Positions 15,201 through 29,299 of a DNA stretch of 248,000 nucleotides are shown in pieces (within the stretch, counting starts at the first letter, position 1; the number at the start of each line of letters is the position of its first letter). Below the pieces are notes generated by a model that was not told where the DNA came from, made no database searches, and saw only the letters and a program-made list of their open reading frames with translations. The stretch lies in the NCBI GenBank assembly GCA_951406725.2, contig OX597824.1, positions 32,260,001 to 32,508,000 of the forward strand. Direction: 5' to 3'. The translations under genes and the position numbers were made by a program. This DNA comes from Octopus vulgaris. Lineage: Eukaryota.

Positions 15201-18200
15201 AAATGTATAAGAATGAAACTTAGAAAAATTAAATAGAGATCGTATGTGAGAAGTGTTATTATAATACAACCATTACATATAAAACATATAAGAATAAAAT
15301 ATATTACAAAGTATTCACTATGTGCAACAGAAGCAGTGTTACTTTAGAACAGTAAGCTGTATGTCTGCAATATTTCTCGTGATATTACTATCTCACGACA
15401 AATACCACAGTTAATTAGGTTTTCCAACATATATCTGCATTAATATATGATACAGTTTGCTACTATATCATAATATTAACATTATACTTTTCAGGACCTG
15501 ACTTCACTTTATTATTCCTACCCTATTTAATAGCTACTAGCACTATGACCCGGCAACACCGTGTCATAGTGCTTAGTGCATGCATATACAGCTGCATGCG
15601 TGCGCACATACATGCGAGTACTGTCCAAATCTCCGAACAATCACATACAGCTAGCTGGCATTCAATTGACGTATCAAGTTTCAGGCATTTTGATTGGGTT
15701 TTGGATAGAAAATTCACAAAAAAGTCACTTCTAGTGAATTTTTTAATGGCTTTGTGGGGTGACTGGGGAAATGTAAAGATGTGCATGACCACCCTTGGAT
15801 GGTTTTGAATGACCATAGAAAGTGCAAGCCCTCTAACTGAAAAGTTGTGGATTTGTATAAAGGACACACACACAGACATTTTGCCGTTTATATATATAGA
15901 GATTTTCCCAAACTAGCACGTGAAGGAAGGCTTTTGTAGAATCATTTGAATTTTTTGACTGGATATTCTTTCTACAGCTAACCAGTTAAACTGTAATGGA
16001 GGTCAGCTAAAATGGAATAAGTTTGGTAGCTTTTCAGTAGTTAGTAGAAGGCGCGTGGCTCAGTGGTTAGAGCGTCGAGCTTACGATCGTGAGGTTGTGA
16101 GCTTGAATCCCGGACCGGGCTGCGTGTTGTGTTCTTGAGCAAGACACTTTATTTCACGTTGCTCCAGTTCACTCAGCTGTAGAAATGAGTTGTGACGTCA
16201 CTGGTGCCAAGCTGTATCGGCCCTTGCCTTTCCCTTGGATAACACTGGTGGCGTGGAGAGGGGAGGCCGGTATGCATGGACGACTGCTGGTCTTCCATAA
16301 AAAAAAAAAACAACCTTGCCCAGACTTGTGCCTCAGAAGGTAACTCTCTAGGTGCAAACCCATGGTCAGTGTCTGACCGAAGGGGGTCACAAGTAGTAGT
16401 AGTAGTAGCAAGATTTGAACATATGACTATACGGTCAATTATTCCAACACCAGGACCTCACAGCTCTTGTGCTTTAATGGAACAAACTCAGTTTATTTTT
16501 ATGCCAACATTTAAACAATGCATCTCTATCACACAATACATTGTCATCATTATCATTATTGTTCTAATGTCCATTTTTCCATGCTTGCATGGCTTGGATG
16601 GAATTTATCCAGGCAGATTTTCTATGTCTGGATGCCCTTCCTGTTGCCTATCCCAGGCAAGGGGGCAGTAACAAAGACACACGAACACAACAGGTTTCCA
16701 CACTTTCTCTCTACCGAATCCATTTACAAGGCTTTCACTGGTGAAGGGCTATAGTATAAGACATTTGTCCAATGTGCAACACAGGCAGACTGAACCCAAA
16801 ACCATATGGTTGGAAAGCAAACTTCTAATCATGTAGCGATAGTTTTCCAGCTTACCAGCTCCTGTCAAACCATCCAACATGGAAAATGGATGTTAAATCC
16901 AGCATGAAAGATGGATGTTAAATGATGAATATAATAATGTGTATTAAAGCATGTAATATAGGCCCAACTGCACATATAGGACTTAGGTTGATTTTTGAGA
17001 CATTTTTTTGGAAAACAAATGTGTCATATAAGCCATCAAATATACTCTTTACTTTTACTTGTTTCAGCCATTTGACTGTGGTCATGCTAGAGCATCGCCT
17101 TTAGTCGAGCAAATCGACCCCAGGACTTATTCTTTGTAAGCCTTGTACTTATTCTATGGTACCTACAAGGCCTGAAATTTCTTAATTCCAAGTTTTTTCA
17201 ATTCCATCATAGAACATAAAACACTACCTTTTGTTGGTTTATTATTTGGTAACAAAAACCTGGCCCCTGTTCCCTGCTCACATTCTCTAATCCCCCATCT
17301 CCTAGCATAAAGCCAACCCTCACCTTGCCTTGAGTATCACAGTCTCACAAGCAGCATGGTGACCTCACTAGTGCCGGTGCCATGTAAAAAGTACCAAGTA
17401 CATGCTGTAAAGTGGCTGGCATTAGGGAAGGCATCCAGCTGCAGCAACTGTTTCAAAGCAGACATAATGCAGTCTTTGGACCCAACAGATTCTGTTGCCG
17501 ATCAACCTATGCCTGCATGGATATTAAATGATAATGATGAGGATAAATAATAAATTAAAGGAAAGGGTGAATTGAGTAAACTTACTTCTTTTAGAGTGTC
17601 GAGTTTAAGAGAAGGATTACTGAGAACTGATTGAAAAGCTTCTTGTGAAGTTAAGAAGTTATAGAAACGCAGAGTATTTTGGGGTACATTTGCTTTCTGG
17701 GTCATTTGCTGCCATCTTTTACTGACTGGAAAACATTAAAACAAACAATGAAAAACAATTAGGATATTATTTAATTTCCATGAGAGTAAAAAATAAGTTT
17801 GGTTTAAGATGCTAGACAACAAATACAAAGAATTGCAATTTCAAATCCTGGTAGCTTTGTATAATATTTAATCCCTGATGAACCCAGAGCAAACAGACTT
17901 CTAGTCAAGGCATTTCAGTGTGATTATCGTAACTTATTTTCAGAGACAGCATATCTAGGACTACATAATCCAAAGTGCACATCCATTTTATTAGAGATTT
18001 TAGGAAGATTTGGCTGCTATTTCTAGCAATTTGAATTACCAAATAGCAGCTCTCTCATTGGCTTGACTAGTACTGTGTCTAATTGCTTCAGAGGCTCATT
18101 TTTACACCAGTATGTTTAAAGTAAAGTAAAACTTTCAGTTACAACAATCCAGACACAAAACTGAATTAAGAACAAACAACATTGATAAAAAAAAGTACAC

Positions 18201-21200
18201 TGACATAGTGCTGAAAGTTTAGTGTTACATGGTTAAACATTAAAATATTTGAGAAATGTCAATAACCTGCTGTAAATGGTGTACAACTGGCATAGGCACG
18301 CATCCTCTATAATGCCTTCTATTTCTGTAACTCAATAACGGCATGGTTAATTGCTGCCTTTTGATCTTTCAAGAAATTATAAATAGAAAATAGACAATAC
18401 TTACAGTGGAGTTGTTTCCATATAAAAATATCTGCCAAAGTCAGCTGGTGTCCAACTAAATATGTAATTGGTCCCAGAACTTTATCTAGGTGATAAACAT
18501 CTTTATCAAATGAAGCATCAGAGAACTGGGTCTGAGCAAAATCAATCCAAAAATCAATCTATTTGAATAAAAAGAAAAAAAAAAAGCCAATATATATCAA
18601 TACTATAGATATATGGAAACAATTGTGCTAATAAGGTAAGCTTGACCCTTTAGCATTCAGATTACTCTGTCAAATGTAATGCTTATTTATTCTTATTGCT
18701 TTTAATTAATCATGCATTATCTCACAGCTTTGAGATTTCAATGATGTGACTGTACATTTTTAGAATTACATTTTAGGGTAGATGAGAAAGGCTGGATCTA
18801 GTCAGTTTGAACATAAAGCAGGTAGAATATTTTGGCTGGATTTGTCCAGTTTAAATGCTAAAGGGTTGAACAACATCTTAAAAAATAAACAGCGGTGGTG
18901 CCCCACCATGGCCGCGACCTTCGGGCTAAAACATTTTAAAGGATTTATATCTTTAAATGACAGTTGTGTTTATATGTGATGGCATATGGCCTCGTGGTTA
19001 AGGTGTTGCACTCACAATCACAAGATTGTGGTTTCAATTCCTGGACCGGGTGGAGTGACGCGCTCTTGAGCAAAACACTTAATTTCATGTTGCTCCAGTT
19101 TACTCAACCATAGAATGTTAACTCTACAACAGATTGACAACCTGATCAAGGGAAAAGTTGTGACCTAAGTCACAAATACACCATACTTTGAGTAACCAGC
19201 CTAATGAGTTCTAGGAATTGGTCACTATACACCATGGGAACTAAGTAACCAGTGCTATGAGTTCTAGGGCTCAAAATAGTGCTAAATGTATGCTTATAGA
19301 TGGCAGAGAAAAGCGGACTACTCATACATAGAGAATAGCAGACACATCTTGAATAACTGATGTTCAGAAAATATTTTGAGTTGAGAATTTTTATAGAATG
19401 TATGTCACAGATTATCATCATCTCTGTAAATAATGCAATAAAATGTTCCTCTGATGACCTATTGTGGTTATGCATCTAGTTGCACTTGAAACATCCAATG
19501 CTGACATTGCAAACAACCACAATGGTGAAACATACACAGGGAACTAATGATTTTTTTGAACTTGTGTTTATTGTAATTTCTTATATATATATTCTTTAAT
19601 TTGTTTTGGTCATATGACTGTGGCCATGTAGGAGAAGCACCTTTATGGGTTTTAGTTGAAGAAATCGACCCCCAGGGCTTATTCTTTGTAAGCCTAGTAC
19701 TTATTCTATTAGTCTCTTTTGCCGAACTGCTAAGTTACAGAGACATAAACACACCAGCATTGGTTGCCAAGTGATGGTGGGGGCGGGGGAGACAGACACA
19801 CACACACACATGTGATAGGCTTCTTCCAGTTTCCGTCTACCAAATCCACTCACAAAGTTTTGGTTGGCCCAGGGCTATAGCAGAAGACACTTGCCCAAGG
19901 TGCCACACAGTGGAACTGAACCTAGAACCATGTGGTTGGGAAACACACTTCTTACCACAGAGCCAAGCCAAGAAACAAAGAATTGGTTGTAACTTATTAA
20001 AACATTGTTAATATTCATCTCAATATTGAGTACAAGGTGGCAAGCTGGTAGAATCGTTAGCATACAGGGCAATATGTTTAGCGACAGTTCAGAGTTCAAA
20101 TTCCACCAAGGACGACTTTACCTTTCAGGATTGATAAATAAGTACCAGTTGAACACTGGGGTTGATGTATGTGACTTACCCCCAACCCCTGAAATTGTTG
20201 GCCTTGTGCCAAAATTTGAAATTAATATCAAGTATAAATTTTACCTCAGTTGCTTCAAGCAAAGAAGAGCCATATAAAGGACTTGAATTTGAACGAACCA
20301 AATACCGACACATTGATGCATCTCCTTCAAGAGTTGTATTACTGTGAAAATAAATTATAACTGGTCTTAGAATAAAATTACAACATGATTACTCTTTTCT
20401 TTCAATGAAGCTGTAAATAAGTAAAAAGGAATAATTCATGAAAAGGCTTCCAGTCAACTAACTGATGTAAATCAAGTCTTAACTTCAAGGTCAACAACTA
20501 CTAAAGACTGAGACATAAAGCTCAAAGAAAATCCTATGAAGGCTTGGGGTGCATAGTGCTTTGGCTACTGAGTCCATGATTGTTACATAAGGCACTACAT
20601 TTCATGTGGTTTCAGTTTGCTCAGCTGAAAATGTGTACTAGTAATACCTGGGGGAATTTAACCCTGCATTGTCAAGCTGGTGTTCCATTCAGGAGGGGCA
20701 AGTCTAATACTATCAATGGCTTAAATGCTACTGAAACCAAAATAAACTCTTGCTTAAAGGGCCAGTAATTTAGAGACAAACTTTAAAATTCTACTGGGTC
20801 TCTACATTGCTGCAAGTGTCTGCCTGGGGAAATTCACTGAACCAGTAATATACATAGCATCAGAACTAAGCTCAAAAGTAAGAGCACATGTATCAGATTC
20901 CTCATCAAAGTCAATCATACCTAACAGTGGCTTGGAAATAACTGTACCTAAGTTGAGGTGGTCTTGTCTTGTGAGTTGCTTCATGACCTCACTAGTACCA
21001 GTGCCATGTAAAAAGTACTCAGTATACTTTACAAAGTGATTGGAAGGGTGTCCAGACATAGAAACCTTGCCAAAGTAGTAATATTGGAAAGGAATGATAC
21101 TGCTTATGAGACAGTGAAAGCCGTTTTCAACTATCCTATAATGTCCTGTGCGAGGTCACTGGAGATGGCGAGCCATTCGCGGTTCCATCTGCGAAGACCG

Positions 21201-24200
21201 ACCACCTGCGGACCTGAGAGTTTGGAGAGGTCTTCCTTTATCGTAGAGCGTGGGCTGCCATGGTTTGTGATGCTGTTAGGACCAGAGAAGAAGCCAGCTC
21301 AACCCGCCCTGGGTGAATGCCGTCACAAGTACAAGTAGGTAAGTATCCTATAATGTCAAAACAAGGGGACACAAACTCACAAAGACATATACATACACAC
21401 ACACAGAGGCTGCTTTCAGTTTCTGTCCAACCCATGCCAGCATGGAAAGTGGATGTTAAATGATGATAAAATCCACTCACAAGGACTTGGTCAGCCCAGG
21501 GCCATAGCAGAAGACACTTGTTCACAGTGTCAAGCAGTGGGACTGAACTTGAAACCATAAGGTTAGGAAGTAATCACACAGCTAAACCTGCACCTATATA
21601 AATATATATACACACAGACAGACAGAAAAGGTTCCCATAAAACATTGTTTTATGTTTATTTTAACTTGAAAAGGTTTATATTTTTTATTAATTGACATTT
21701 TTATTTTAAGTTCTATACGTAACTGTTTAATCACACCATGCACAAAGGAAGCCTTGGAACATATTCAAATAAATATATGTCTATATTGCAGAAAGGACTC
21801 CTTCCAATCTTCAGTAGTGAAATAAAAAAAAAAACTCTTTATTTATGGAAGATGGGGCTCCTTGTCACACAGCTAAAAGCTTCCATAGCCACGCCTGTAA
21901 CCAGATACGAACTCTACTGAACACCTCTGGGGCATAATGGACAAGACACTTATGCAAATGGAATGTCTACTAAATATTAGATATTGACATTATAATAATT
22001 AATAAATAATTTGAATGTATAATTTCAGAATGAAATAAATTTTAATGATTATAAGGGTGTCTATTTACTTGTCATGTCCTTGTGTGTGTGTCTGTGTGGA
22101 TATATATATATACGCACACACACATATATTCTCATTATTTTGCAATTATTAGCATCAAGCTAAACTAGAGAAGAGCAAATAGCTGGCATTTCAAACAAAC
22201 GTAACCAACACGGGAACTTTTAAGGGGAAACAATTATATAATGTATCATCTTATGTAAAGTTAGTAATCTGCTACAGTTGACGTTTGGTGCATTTGGTAC
22301 TATGCTGAATGCATATTCCTTGTTTGCTGATGGCCAATTTATCCATCACTGTGCTGTCAAGTTCACTCATTATTATAGTCATTCTCATGGTTCCTGATAT
22401 GCTCCAAAAAATGTCAGCTACAATAGTTACAATAAGACATCCTGCATAAAGTTCAATGAACTGTTATTAGTCAAAATAAAGTTCAATGAACTGCTATAGT
22501 TGGCATAAAGTTCAAGTAAATTTTGGGTCAATCTGTCTGAATATCCTCAGGAGAGTAACTAAGAATTAATTCTGTCTCATGGTGGAGAGGCAGACGTGGA
22601 AAAACAACATCCAACCAGAAAACATGCACATCAAAAAATTTTAGCTGACCCTTGACATAAGAAAATGTTACCCTACCAAAAAAAAAAACACTACAAAACC
22701 CTGCAATTATTTCATCCAGTCAGTATTAAAATTATTTAGTTGTAAAAAATATGTGGGGTTATTTTCAACAAAAAATCTATCTAAAGTATGATAACAGTAG
22801 TTCAGTGAATAATTAACTCTTAGCATTCAGATTACTCTGTCAAATGCAATGTTTATTTATTCTCATTATTTTTAATTAATCACGTGTAATTTTGGTACTT
22901 TGGGATTTTTTTCTGTAATTGTTTATTTTCAAAATGACATTGTAGGGTGGGTGTGAGAGGCTGACTACTTTGAACATAAAACAGGTAGAATATTTGGCCT
23001 GGACATAGCCAGTTTAAATGCAAAAGGGTTACTTTGAAGGAAAATATGCAGAGAAGAAAAACAACTTAATATAGACTATAACCATACCTGTCTATTTCAA
23101 TGGAATTGACATTTTTGTATTTAATATCACAAGAGAATTTGGATGCTGACTTGAAGTTTTCAAGAACCAACAGACTGGCTGTAAAAAAAACAAAAATGAA
23201 GAAGTATGTATATATATTCCTGACCAAAATATTATTTTCTGATTTCATACATAATTCTTGTAGATTTAGAAAAATGAGCAAATTGGAAAGACTTTTATGT
23301 GATCAGATCAAATGCAGAAGAAGAGAAATAGTTCCAAGGAATAGTGAACAAATTCTAAATGTGGAAGCAAAGCTTAAAATTGGAAGAGCTCAACGTAAAT
23401 TAAGCAAAATTGAAAATTTTAGTGAACAAGGAAGAAGTCAGGACTCTACTGCCATCTATGTTAAGCTAACATAAGAAATAAAATAAGAGTATGCAGGAAT
23501 TCCATTCAGGTACACAAGCTGTTTCAGCGAGATCCTCGGACTTTGTGTGAAGACACACAAGAATATGGAACGAGACAGTTGACAGCTGTTATTTGGATGC
23601 CAATGATTTGGCACAACTGACTGGACATTCAGCCAGTTTTGGTGCACAGAAATATACACAAAGACACAAAGAGAAAGAGAGATGGAGAGAGAACAACAGA
23701 AACATTAAAATGTATTCAAGAGTCGAGTAACTTGTAAGATTTGTAATATAAATGATATTAGGCATTCAAGCATAAATTTGAGTCAGAACAAACACTGCAG
23801 GTTCACTACTAGGGTTTAAACCATGTAGCTATCACTTATTGGGTTTCTGTATGACTTGTAACACAAAGAGTGCTTTTTCCTTGCACACTTTCATGAATTT
23901 ACCAACCCTGTCCAATCTTCTGTACTGCTTCTGTTATATTTACCTTTCTATACCTTATGGTTGTGAAAGGGAGGCGAGCTGACAGAAACATTAGCACATC
24001 GGGTGAAATGTGTAGCCGTATTTCGTCTGCCGTTACGTTCTGAGTTCAAATTCCGCCAAGGTCGACTTTGCCTTTCATCCTTTCGGGGTCGATAAATTAA
24101 GTACCAGTTACGCACTGGGGTCAATGTAATCAAGTTAATCCGTTTGTCTGTCCTTGTTTGTCCCCTTGTGGGTAGTAAAGAAATATATACCATATGGTTG

Positions 24201-27200
24201 TGAAAGCTGGACTCTTACAGCTGACATGCAGGTATGTCAGAATTCAGGTATTTGAGCACAAGTGCTTTCAGAGACAATTACACATGCTGTACACAGAACA
24301 AAATGAATAGCTTTGTCAGGCAGCCAATCAACAAATACACTGGCAAACAGGAATCACTCCTTGTGCAGATAAGACGAAAGCTTGTCTGGTACGGGCATGT
24401 ATCCTGTCATAATTCTCTGTCCAAAATCATTCTTCAGGGCACATTTGAGGGAGAGAAAAGAGAGGCAGGCAGAGAAAATCCTGGTTTGACAGCACCAAAG
24501 ACTGAATGGGTCACAACGCAGCAAATTTGCTATGCATGACAGAGAACAGTGACTAATGCTGACAATTGACTATAAAAGCGTCTAGAGTGACACCCCAGTA
24601 ACTGCCTGAATCAGTTAAGACAAAACAAAGTTTATAGTCATATAATTCTTTCTTTGCCATGGTGTCAGGTAAGATTAAAACCATTACGACCAATTATATT
24701 TTTTATCAAATAAGGCAATTAGTCTCCATCCTTCTTCAAACATCACAAGCACCTTGTCCTATCTCCTCTGGGAAACACCGTACAAGATGATATAGGGTTA
24801 GAGGGGATCTACAACACTTCTTTTTCATATATAAAGAAATATATAAGGTGCATTCCAGAAGTTTTGAGACTTTTTTTAGGAGAGTTATAACATCCTAGAT
24901 TACTGAAATTTTAGTATAACATTACTATACATATAAAGCTGACCTGCAACTTTTGTTAATCTAGATTAAAGGAGATAACATAATAGCACTTTGAATACAC
25001 CATAACTAAACACTGCTTGTCACAGCTGACTGGCTTGCAGATTGCAGTCGAGATATGAAAACAATTTGGAAGCTTGCAGCCATGCAATAAAGTTTTGTGT
25101 TAAACCAAGCAGAAACACTACAGGAACTTATGAAGTGCTCCAGATTGGTTTTAGATTAACTTATATGAGCTGAGCATGTGTTTTTCGCTAGCACAAGAGG
25201 CCAAAAAAGGCAAGTCCTCCAGAAAGCTCATGATGACCCTATTTTTCCACAGCAAGGGTACCATCTACATCTGGGTTCCCTTTGGCCAGATGGTCACCAA
25301 AAATTACTTTGTGGGGGGTTTGAAGAGATTTTGTTGCAAAACGCCAGAGCACCTGCACCAGATTACAATTCCAACTACTTTACAAAGATGAGCATCAAAA
25401 CTGCTTCTCACCTACCCTACAGTCTAGACCTTGCTCCCGGTGACTTTTGGTTGTTCTTCAAGCTGAAGGAGAATAAGGAGGAGGCTGTGACATGGGTCCC
25501 GGTCACCTTCACTTTGGAGTACTTCCACAGGGCCTTCACAAAGTTGCTGGAGTGCTAACAACAAGGGCATTGAACTCAGAGATCTTACTTTGACTCTTTA
25601 ACATTCAGATGCCTTTGCTGTCACAAAATAGGGTCATTGTGAGCTTTCTGGAGGACTTGCTTTGTTTGACCTCTTGTGCTAGTGAAAAACAGATGTCCAG
25701 CTTATACATGTTAATCTATAAGCAGTTTGGAGTATTTTGTAAGTTTCTTATTTCTTCATTACCCACAAGGGGCTAAACATAGAGGGGACAAACAAGGACA
25801 GACAAAGGGATTAAGTTGATTACATCGACCCCAGTGCTTAACTGGTACTTAATTTATCGATCATGAAAGGGTGAAAGGCAAAGTCGACCTCGGCGGAATT
25901 TGAACTCAGAACATAAAGACAGACGAAATACCATTAAGCATTTCGCCTGGCGTGCTAACGTTTCTGCCAGCTTCCCACCTTTTGTAAGTTTCTGTAGAGA
26001 TTCTGTCCCGCTTAACACAAAATTTTATTGTATCGCGAGCTTCCAAATTGTCTTCATGTCCCAAATGCATTCTGCAAACCAGTCACCTGTGACAAGCAGT
26101 GTTTAGTAAGTAATGCTTATTTATTCACACTATTTTGAGTTAATCATGTATTATCTTGTAGCTTTGAGATTTCAATGGTGTAACAGTATACTTTTACAAT
26201 GACATTGTCAGGTAAACATAGAGGGGACAAACAAGGACAGACAAAGGGATTAAGTCGATTACACACACACATTTGGATGTGTATGCTTGTTGTAATACCT
26301 CAAAAAAATAATACAGCTTTCATATAACTATGGCTATCCAATACGGGGTTGTTTAACTAAGTCAGCACTGATCCAGCAGTCCTAGTGTCAAGGGCGTTCC
26401 AGTCATGGCCATCGCATTTTAAGGTATAATTTATCAAGAATTAAACTTCTGAATATCCTGTTATTTTAAGGCGTTGTGAAATGAGATAAGCTTTTATTCC
26501 TAGCTGGTCGGGCGACCGCGTAGAAATCAAACCCAGTTAGTTTGATTTCGTTTTTAGCTAAAATTACCTTTGTTAATGAGCACAGGCGTTCTATCCATGA
26601 TCCTCACATTCTTTTTATTTATATCAAGAAATAAACAGTCGAATGTATTCTTAATTCTAGAATATAACAACTTTTTCGAACAAACCGAATGACCTAATTG
26701 ATTCGCGAGCTTCAAGTATTGATATTATTGCGTCAATATTTTGAAATTGCATCATACAAATTGCATCATACAAATTGACAATCAGAATCGATCAGTGTGA
26801 CAGTTAAATACTAACAAGAAAACCTATCGATTGACTAGTTAAAATCTATTTTAGCTCTCACAGATTTAGTTAATGCCAAATGAATAAGTTACTTCACCTT
26901 CAACGAGGGTGGATTCTAGCTTTCACGTATTCGCCAGACGGGCTAAAAAATAGACAGTCTGTCACTCCCAAAATTCACACCTTAATGTTTGCAAAAAGGT
27001 CACATTGGATACTGTAGTCACAGACAGGGCCCTCTCAACAACAGAAAGGACCCCCTACATACATAACCATTGGGCCCTTAAACTTACAGAGATCTCGGGT
27101 AAGTGTGCTGTGTACCTATGCCTCCTGAAAATCTAGGTGTGATGGCTATGATCGGAATGTCTCAATCAATGCCTACTTGAGTCTAAAATGCAACAATTAA

Positions 27201-28393
27201 TACTTTAGGAATTTAACTATATATTGATATAATTCAGCGACACATTAAGGTACGAAATGTAGTTAACCATAGAAATCGGAAAAAAAAAAAATTTGGAATA
27301 AAATAAAGTAACGAGGAATGAGGGTTTATTTTGAAATTGAACCCAGGAATAACATAAGAATTAGAAAGAGTGGGGAAAAAATTACTTGTGCAGTAAACTG
27401 TTATAACAAGTAAATACTGAAGAAAATAATTTAAAATATTGATATATTACGTTAGAAATACATATATCTAAATATTGCAAATATTTCCCTGGTTTACGCT
27501 AACATCAAGGCTGGTACTATCAGAAACTCGGCGACGACTTGCACACGTGTTTTATGTGTACGCAAGCATATTTATAGCTCAAAAGAGAATTTCCTGATGA
27601 AAGTATGAGAACATTTCACAAGTTTATGATTGCATCATCATCATGGAAAGAGAAGCGGAAGATAAAAAAAAAAGTAACTTCATAAGAAATAAGAACAAAA
27701 CAAAATTGAAAAAAAAAAAAAAACACCCGATGTATTCTATATTTAAAATTAACACGTATATAATAGAAACAGACATATATAGCTGTGTGTACAAATGTTC
27801 TACACTGACATATCCGAAAGAATTAAAAATCATCGCATTACAATAAGCATACACATCCAAACGTGTGTGTGTGTACGTATATGTGTATTATAACTTCTGC
27901 ATTTACATTATTTTGAAATAAAGAAACTGAAAAATAAATATTCTGGTTATATCGTCTATTCCTTAAAATAGTTATAGGAGAGACTTAAAAGGCTGAGATG
28001 ATGCAGAATAACTGGCGACTTTAATTGTTTAAATCATGACTAACTTTATATAATTATACCAGTAACGCACTGGGGTCGATGTAATCGATTTAATCCCTTT
28101 GTCTGTCCTTGTTTGTCCCCTCTATGTTTAGCCCCTTGTGGGTAATAAAGAAATATATTATTATTATTATTAAATATTAGGAAATACTTTAAGGTAAGAT
28201 CAGAAAGACTATTTTCTGATGTTAAATTATAAATAAACTACATGATTCATTTCAAACTCTAGGTAGTTTCGGTGATTGGTGGGGGGTCATAGGGAAGTGA
28301 GAAAGAGTATATTATTGTTGGAAATAGTAATGATAAAGTATGCTTACCGACAGCAGCATTTTGTGAGTCGATATTGAGTTTGAGAGGAGCCAT
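246..28393 (-). CDS. EPRS: Bifunctional glutamyl-prolyl-tRNA synthetase, 5' part (GST-like domain + GluRS catalytic domain + start of anticodon-binding region); gene continues beyond the left edge
   Basis: 15 GT-AG exons with consistent phases: 28393-28348 ([15 protein letters not shown]), 23178-23088, 20341-20245, 18558-18405 (IDFWIDF...LTLADIFIW), 17725-17586, 15177-15092 ([11 protein letters not shown]), 13586-13460 ([10 protein letters not shown] = class I HIGH motif; RFDDTNP), 12179-11987, 10508-10337 ([10 protein letters not shown]), 7630-7506 ([26 protein letters not shown]), 5525-5417 ([10 protein letters not shown]), 4044-3960 ([10 protein letters not shown]), 1750-1691, 1101-991, 382-246. 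The N-terminal GST-like region points to EPRS rather than a mitochondrial GluRS; the ProRS half is outside the window. Confidence 0.95.
1953..2504 (+). mobile_element. Tc1/mariner-type deletion derivative with ~28-bp TIRs
   Basis: TIR tgattgaaaagtaactccc / gggagttacttttcaatca; ORF FMQDGA...[15 protein letters not shown]. Confidence 0.8.
2715..3030 (+). mobile_element. RTE-type LINE 3' fragment
   Basis: [11 protein letters not shown]...[14 protein letters not shown]. Confidence 0.8.
3720..3850. repeat. ~42-bp minisatellite (3 copies); same family at 90720-90960 in the opposite orientation
   Basis: ctcagccactttgcctccatgaggcctaatgctcgaaaggaa repeats. Confidence 0.8.
11325..11730 (+). mobile_element. 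Representative of SINE family A (ggcggtgagctggcagaaacgttagc...gagttcaaattccgccgaggtcgac); dozens of copies across the window, often in head-to-tail runs
   Basis: tRNA-like A/B boxes; other copies at e.g. 30230-30640, 31620-32000, 41840-42290, 43440-43670, 51650-52160, 91480-91690, 187460-187690. Confidence 0.85.
13825..14095 (-). mobile_element. Representative of dispersed family D (...ggttggcgttaggaagggcatccagc...gttaaacgatgatgatg tail); probably a SINE or LINE 3' end, many copies
   Basis: Conserved body ending in (GAT)n; other copies at e.g. 12300-12590, 76590-76980, 99340-99680, 106040-106410, 117925-118270, 167480-167900, 239220-239560. Confidence 0.75.
15537..15902 (-). mobile_element. 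Non-autonomous Helitron in an EPRS intron
   Basis: 5' tctctatatatataaacggcaaaatgtctgtgtg...; 3' hairpin + CTAG. Confidence 0.7.
24200..24600 (+). mobile_element. RTE-type LINE 3' fragment
   Basis: [11 protein letters not shown]...IILQGTFEG. Confidence 0.7.
24842..25600 (+). mobile_element. Decayed mariner remnant
   Basis: [28 protein letters not shown]. Confidence 0.7.
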
Positions 28394-28541
28394 GGTCAAA
28401 GACGACACTAAGCAACAGTCCGCTACAAAGGGTGAAAGGAATAATGCTGGCAGAAAAGGGAGGTAAATCTTGAGTAAGGGAAGACAACTACGGCAGTGCG
28501 ATTCAGTAATATTCTGCGTGATGGTGGTGGTGGGGTTCTGT

Positions 28542-28868
28542 GTGAGGGCGCGTGGCTTAGTGGTTAGGGCATTCGGCTCATGATCGTAAGGTTGTGAGTT
28601 CGATTCCCGGCGACGCTTTGTGTCCTTGAGCAAGACACTTTATTTCACGTTGCTCCAGTCCACTCAGCTGGCAAAAATGAGTTGTACTTGTATTTCAAAG
28701 GGTCAGCCTTGTCACTCTCTGTGTCACGCTGATTATCCCCGAGAATTACGTTAAGGGTACACGTGTCTGTGGAATGCTCAGCCATTTGCACGTTAATTTC
28801 ACGAGCAAGCTGTTCCGTTGATCGTATCAGCTGGGACCCTCGTCGTCGTAACCGGCGGAGTCTTTAAA
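28542..28868 (+). mobile_element. Young tRNA-headed SINE with 13-bp TSD (ggtggggttctgt), ~150 bp upstream of the EPRS ATG
   Basis: A-box (tggcttagtgg) and B-box (gagttcgattccc); TSD at 28529-28541 and 28869-28881. Confidence 0.9.
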
Positions 28869-29299
28869 GGTGGGGTTCTGTTGTAATTACACTTATAGTT
28901 AGGTTAACTGGCATATTGAATAAGAATAAGTTTAATATAGCTGCTGTTTACTCAATACGAGTAGAATAAATGTAGGAAGAGTATGGGATGGATTAACTGT
29001 ACAAAGTTGTCATCATTTAACCCCAGGCCAACTCTATTTGAGCAGACCTATGATCAAAGGTATTCCAGCTTGTCATTTTAGGGATGTGTAGGACAACACT
29101 ATATAATGTGTCCACACAGTATGGTGTAATTTGAGGGACATTTAGTTGCTATTTTTAGCTGGTGGAACAACCACAAAGATACCCTCATTGGCTTGGGAAG
29201 TTCAAAGTATTTGAAAACTAAAAGCCCTAAATTGTTTATGATTATATACAATTTTTAATAATAATATAATAATGAAATTATTGTATAGTGCTCAGGTGC

